From a virus: 64,000 bases of DNA. This document shows positions 62,358-64,000 of the stretch, one piece after another (the first letter of the stretch is position 1; the number at the start of each line of letters is the position of its first letter). Under the pieces are notes generated by a model. The model ran no database searches and had not been told where the DNA came from. It saw nothing but the letters and a program-made list of their open reading frames with translations. The position numbers and the translations under genes were made by a program. The stretch lies in the IMG/VR virus record IMGVR_UViG_3300033144_003548. One strand, written 5' to 3'.

Positions 62358-62537
62358 ATGAAAGTAACCTACGGCAAATATTACTATGACATAATACCTT
62401 ATCCTCACATCGAAGTTGTGCATAGCAAGGATGGGGAGTGTGTGAGGATTACTTGTGACAAGTATCCTGATTGTGATAATTGTAATTCCAAATTCAGGTG
62501 CTATACAGAGGCAACAGAAATCGATGAAAAATATTGA
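62358..62537 (+). CDS. Cys-module peptide
   Basis: Start MKVTYG; CDKYPDCDNCNSKFRCYT. Confidence 0.7.
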   Translation: MKVTYGKYYYDIIPYPHIEVVHSKDGECVRITCDKYPDCDNCNSKFRCYTEATEIDEKY

Positions 62538-62653
62538 AATTAATCTGAGGACTGACAGGGATTTAACCGACAAAGAAGCCTACACTCTGGAAAAAGCTAT
62601 TGCTAGGTATCTAAACAAATTTGGTATAGAGGAGTGGCATAGAGATAGAAAAT

Positions 62654-63139
62654 ATGGATAATATTATCGAATACATCCACAAACAAGGCTATACCGTAGC
62701 GGAGTTAGATCCATTTGTAAGGCAGAAAGCCCCAAGCTTTTCTAAGTTACCTTACGATGAAAAATTTAAGATAGTTAAGGAGGTAATTAGTGAGCGACAG
62801 AATTTTAGGGAGAATCTTGCTATGAAAAAAATAATTACTGAGTCAGATATGGGCAACATCAAGATATACAATGATACCCTGTCTTGCTTTTTCGACAATC
62901 AAGTTGGTGATGTTGAAAATGTGGTCTACGTGGCAGAGAAGGAAGAAGTACCCAACGAATACAAATGGGGTAAGCCTCAATTTCTTGGGCATTTCACTGT
63001 CAAAAAGAAGGCATATTTGAGTGCTTATGATTGTTCTGATGAATCCGTTTATGCCTTCGGAAAAGGTAGATGGTTTGTAACATTGATTGAACCAGCAGTG
63101 TTTATAATTACCAAAGTTGATGAGGATATTCGTGCCTGA
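62654..63139 (+). CDS. Hypothetical protein
   Basis: 161-aa ORF. Confidence 0.5.
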   Translation: MDNIIEYIHKQGYTVAELDPFVRQKAPSFSKLPYDEKFKIVKEVISERQNFRENLAMKKIITESDMGNIKIYNDTLSCFFDNQVGDVENVVYVAEKEEVPNEYKWGKPQFLGHFTVKKKAYLSAYDCSDESVYAFGKGRWFVTLIEPAVFIITKVDEDIRA

Positions 63140-63173
63140 AAAAAGATACAAGGACAGCTAAATACAGGGAGGT

Positions 63174-63701
63174 TTGGCACTATTGACTATTGAAAACCTA
63201 GCGTGGGTGTTACCACGTCCAAATAAAAGTAAATATATAGGGGGATTCCCTCTCCACTTTGAACGCAAATTATTACGGCTATTGGAAATTGACCCTGAAA
63301 AAGACAAAATTCTTCACCCATTTGGGGGCAAAGCAGAGTTCGGTATTCGGTGCGACATCAACCCCGATGTTCAACCTGATTATGTTTGTGATGCACACAA
63401 TTTACCTTTTGGTGATAATGAATTTGATTTGGTCATACTAGACCCACCGTACAGTGAAGATTATGCTCAACGGCTTTACGATACAAAGAAGTATGGTAAG
63501 CTCAAGTTCAGAAAATATACTGCGGAAGCCGTAAGAGTGTGTAAAGAAGGTGGATATGTAGTAATGTATCATTACCTTGCTACCCCTTCAATTAAAGATA
63601 CCATACTTGTTAAGCGTATTCTAATGGAAACCAGAGCTTGGCACAAAGCTAGAGTAGTGCATATTCACCAGAAAAGGAGCGAACTGTGGCAACAGAAATA
63701 A
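63174..63701 (+). CDS. DNA amino-methyltransferase (m6A/m4C type)
   Basis: LHPFGG, LVILDPPY; GGAGG RBS with TTG start. Confidence 0.75.
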   Translation: MALLTIENLAWVLPRPNKSKYIGGFPLHFERKLLRLLEIDPEKDKILHPFGGKAEFGIRCDINPDVQPDYVCDAHNLPFGDNEFDLVILDPPYSEDYAQRLYDTKKYGKLKFRKYTAEAVRVCKEGGYVVMYHYLATPSIKDTILVKRILMETRAWHKARVVHIHQKRSELWQQK

Positions 63702-64000
63702 AGCAACTGGAAGAAATCAAGAGAAGGATAGAGGCAGCAAGGCTTCCTTCTGCTATTAAGGAGGAACTTGAGAGAGCTTTGAGTGACACGTATTTTGCCC
63801 ATATCGAAACTAGATTAATTAAGGATGTTAGAAATGACATCAGAAAAGCAAGAGAAATTCACTCAGTTGATGTTATAAAATCTTTTGAGGAAGTTAAGCT
63901 ACTTGATGTTGCACCTTTGATTGTAGTTGCTGACGGTGACGGTTATTTGGTTATAGATGGGCAAACACGGCTTTCTTTTTACAGACCTTTCGTGGAGAAG
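63686..64000 (+). CDS. ParB/Srx-like protein (runs off the window edge)
   Basis: GTG at 63686 after AAGGAG; PLIVV...YLVIDGQTR; not in the ORF track. Confidence 0.6.
   Translation, partial: MATEIKQLEEIKRRIEAARLPSAIKEELERALSDTYFAHIETRLIKDVRNDIRKAREIHSVDVIKSFEEVKLLDVAPLIVVADGDGYLVIDGQTRLSFYRPFVEK

Noticed and set aside
54252-62537. Cys module as a DGR variable repeat, MITE or RiPP precursor family
   Set aside because: Copies differ at all base types with synonymous changes, there are no inverted repeats, no reverse transcriptase or radical SAM enzyme is in the window, and the carriers are unrelated folded domains.
1-64000. Stop-codon reassignment or archaeal virus origin
   Set aside because: Known enzymes are full length in the standard code; tmRNA and TTGACA/TATAAT promoters indicate a bacterial host.

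Overview
A 64-kb piece of a large tailed dsDNA bacteriophage genome. The bacterial host is inferred from canonical sigma70 promoters, Shine-Dalgarno sites and a tmRNA; no integrase or flanking host genes are visible. The left arm (1-30.5 kb, minus strand) runs, in transcription order: tmRNA, nucleases, ClpP, dUTPase, class II ribonucleotide reductase, terminase, portal, an inserted sugar/phospho-modification cluster, head genes, neck genes and tail tube. A repeat-rich switch region lies at about 30.5-35.1 kb. The right arm (35-64 kb, plus strand) has many short early genes under a conserved promoter family, plus an ATP-dependent ligase, Ku, a MoxR-like AAA+/VWA pair, an RNA ligase, a DNA methyltransferase and a ParB-like gene. 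The most striking unexplained signal is a 12-residue module, C-x2-C-x2-[RK]-F-x-C-[YFWL]-[TS], carried by 16 otherwise unrelated proteins (plus 2 degenerate copies), mostly directly downstream of the AAA+/VWA genes. Also notable: a tmRNA with a 40-codon tag, a second non-sigma70 promoter-like motif, a duplicated early module, and strong GATC depletion in one arm only. All calls come from reading motifs by eye; no database search was run.
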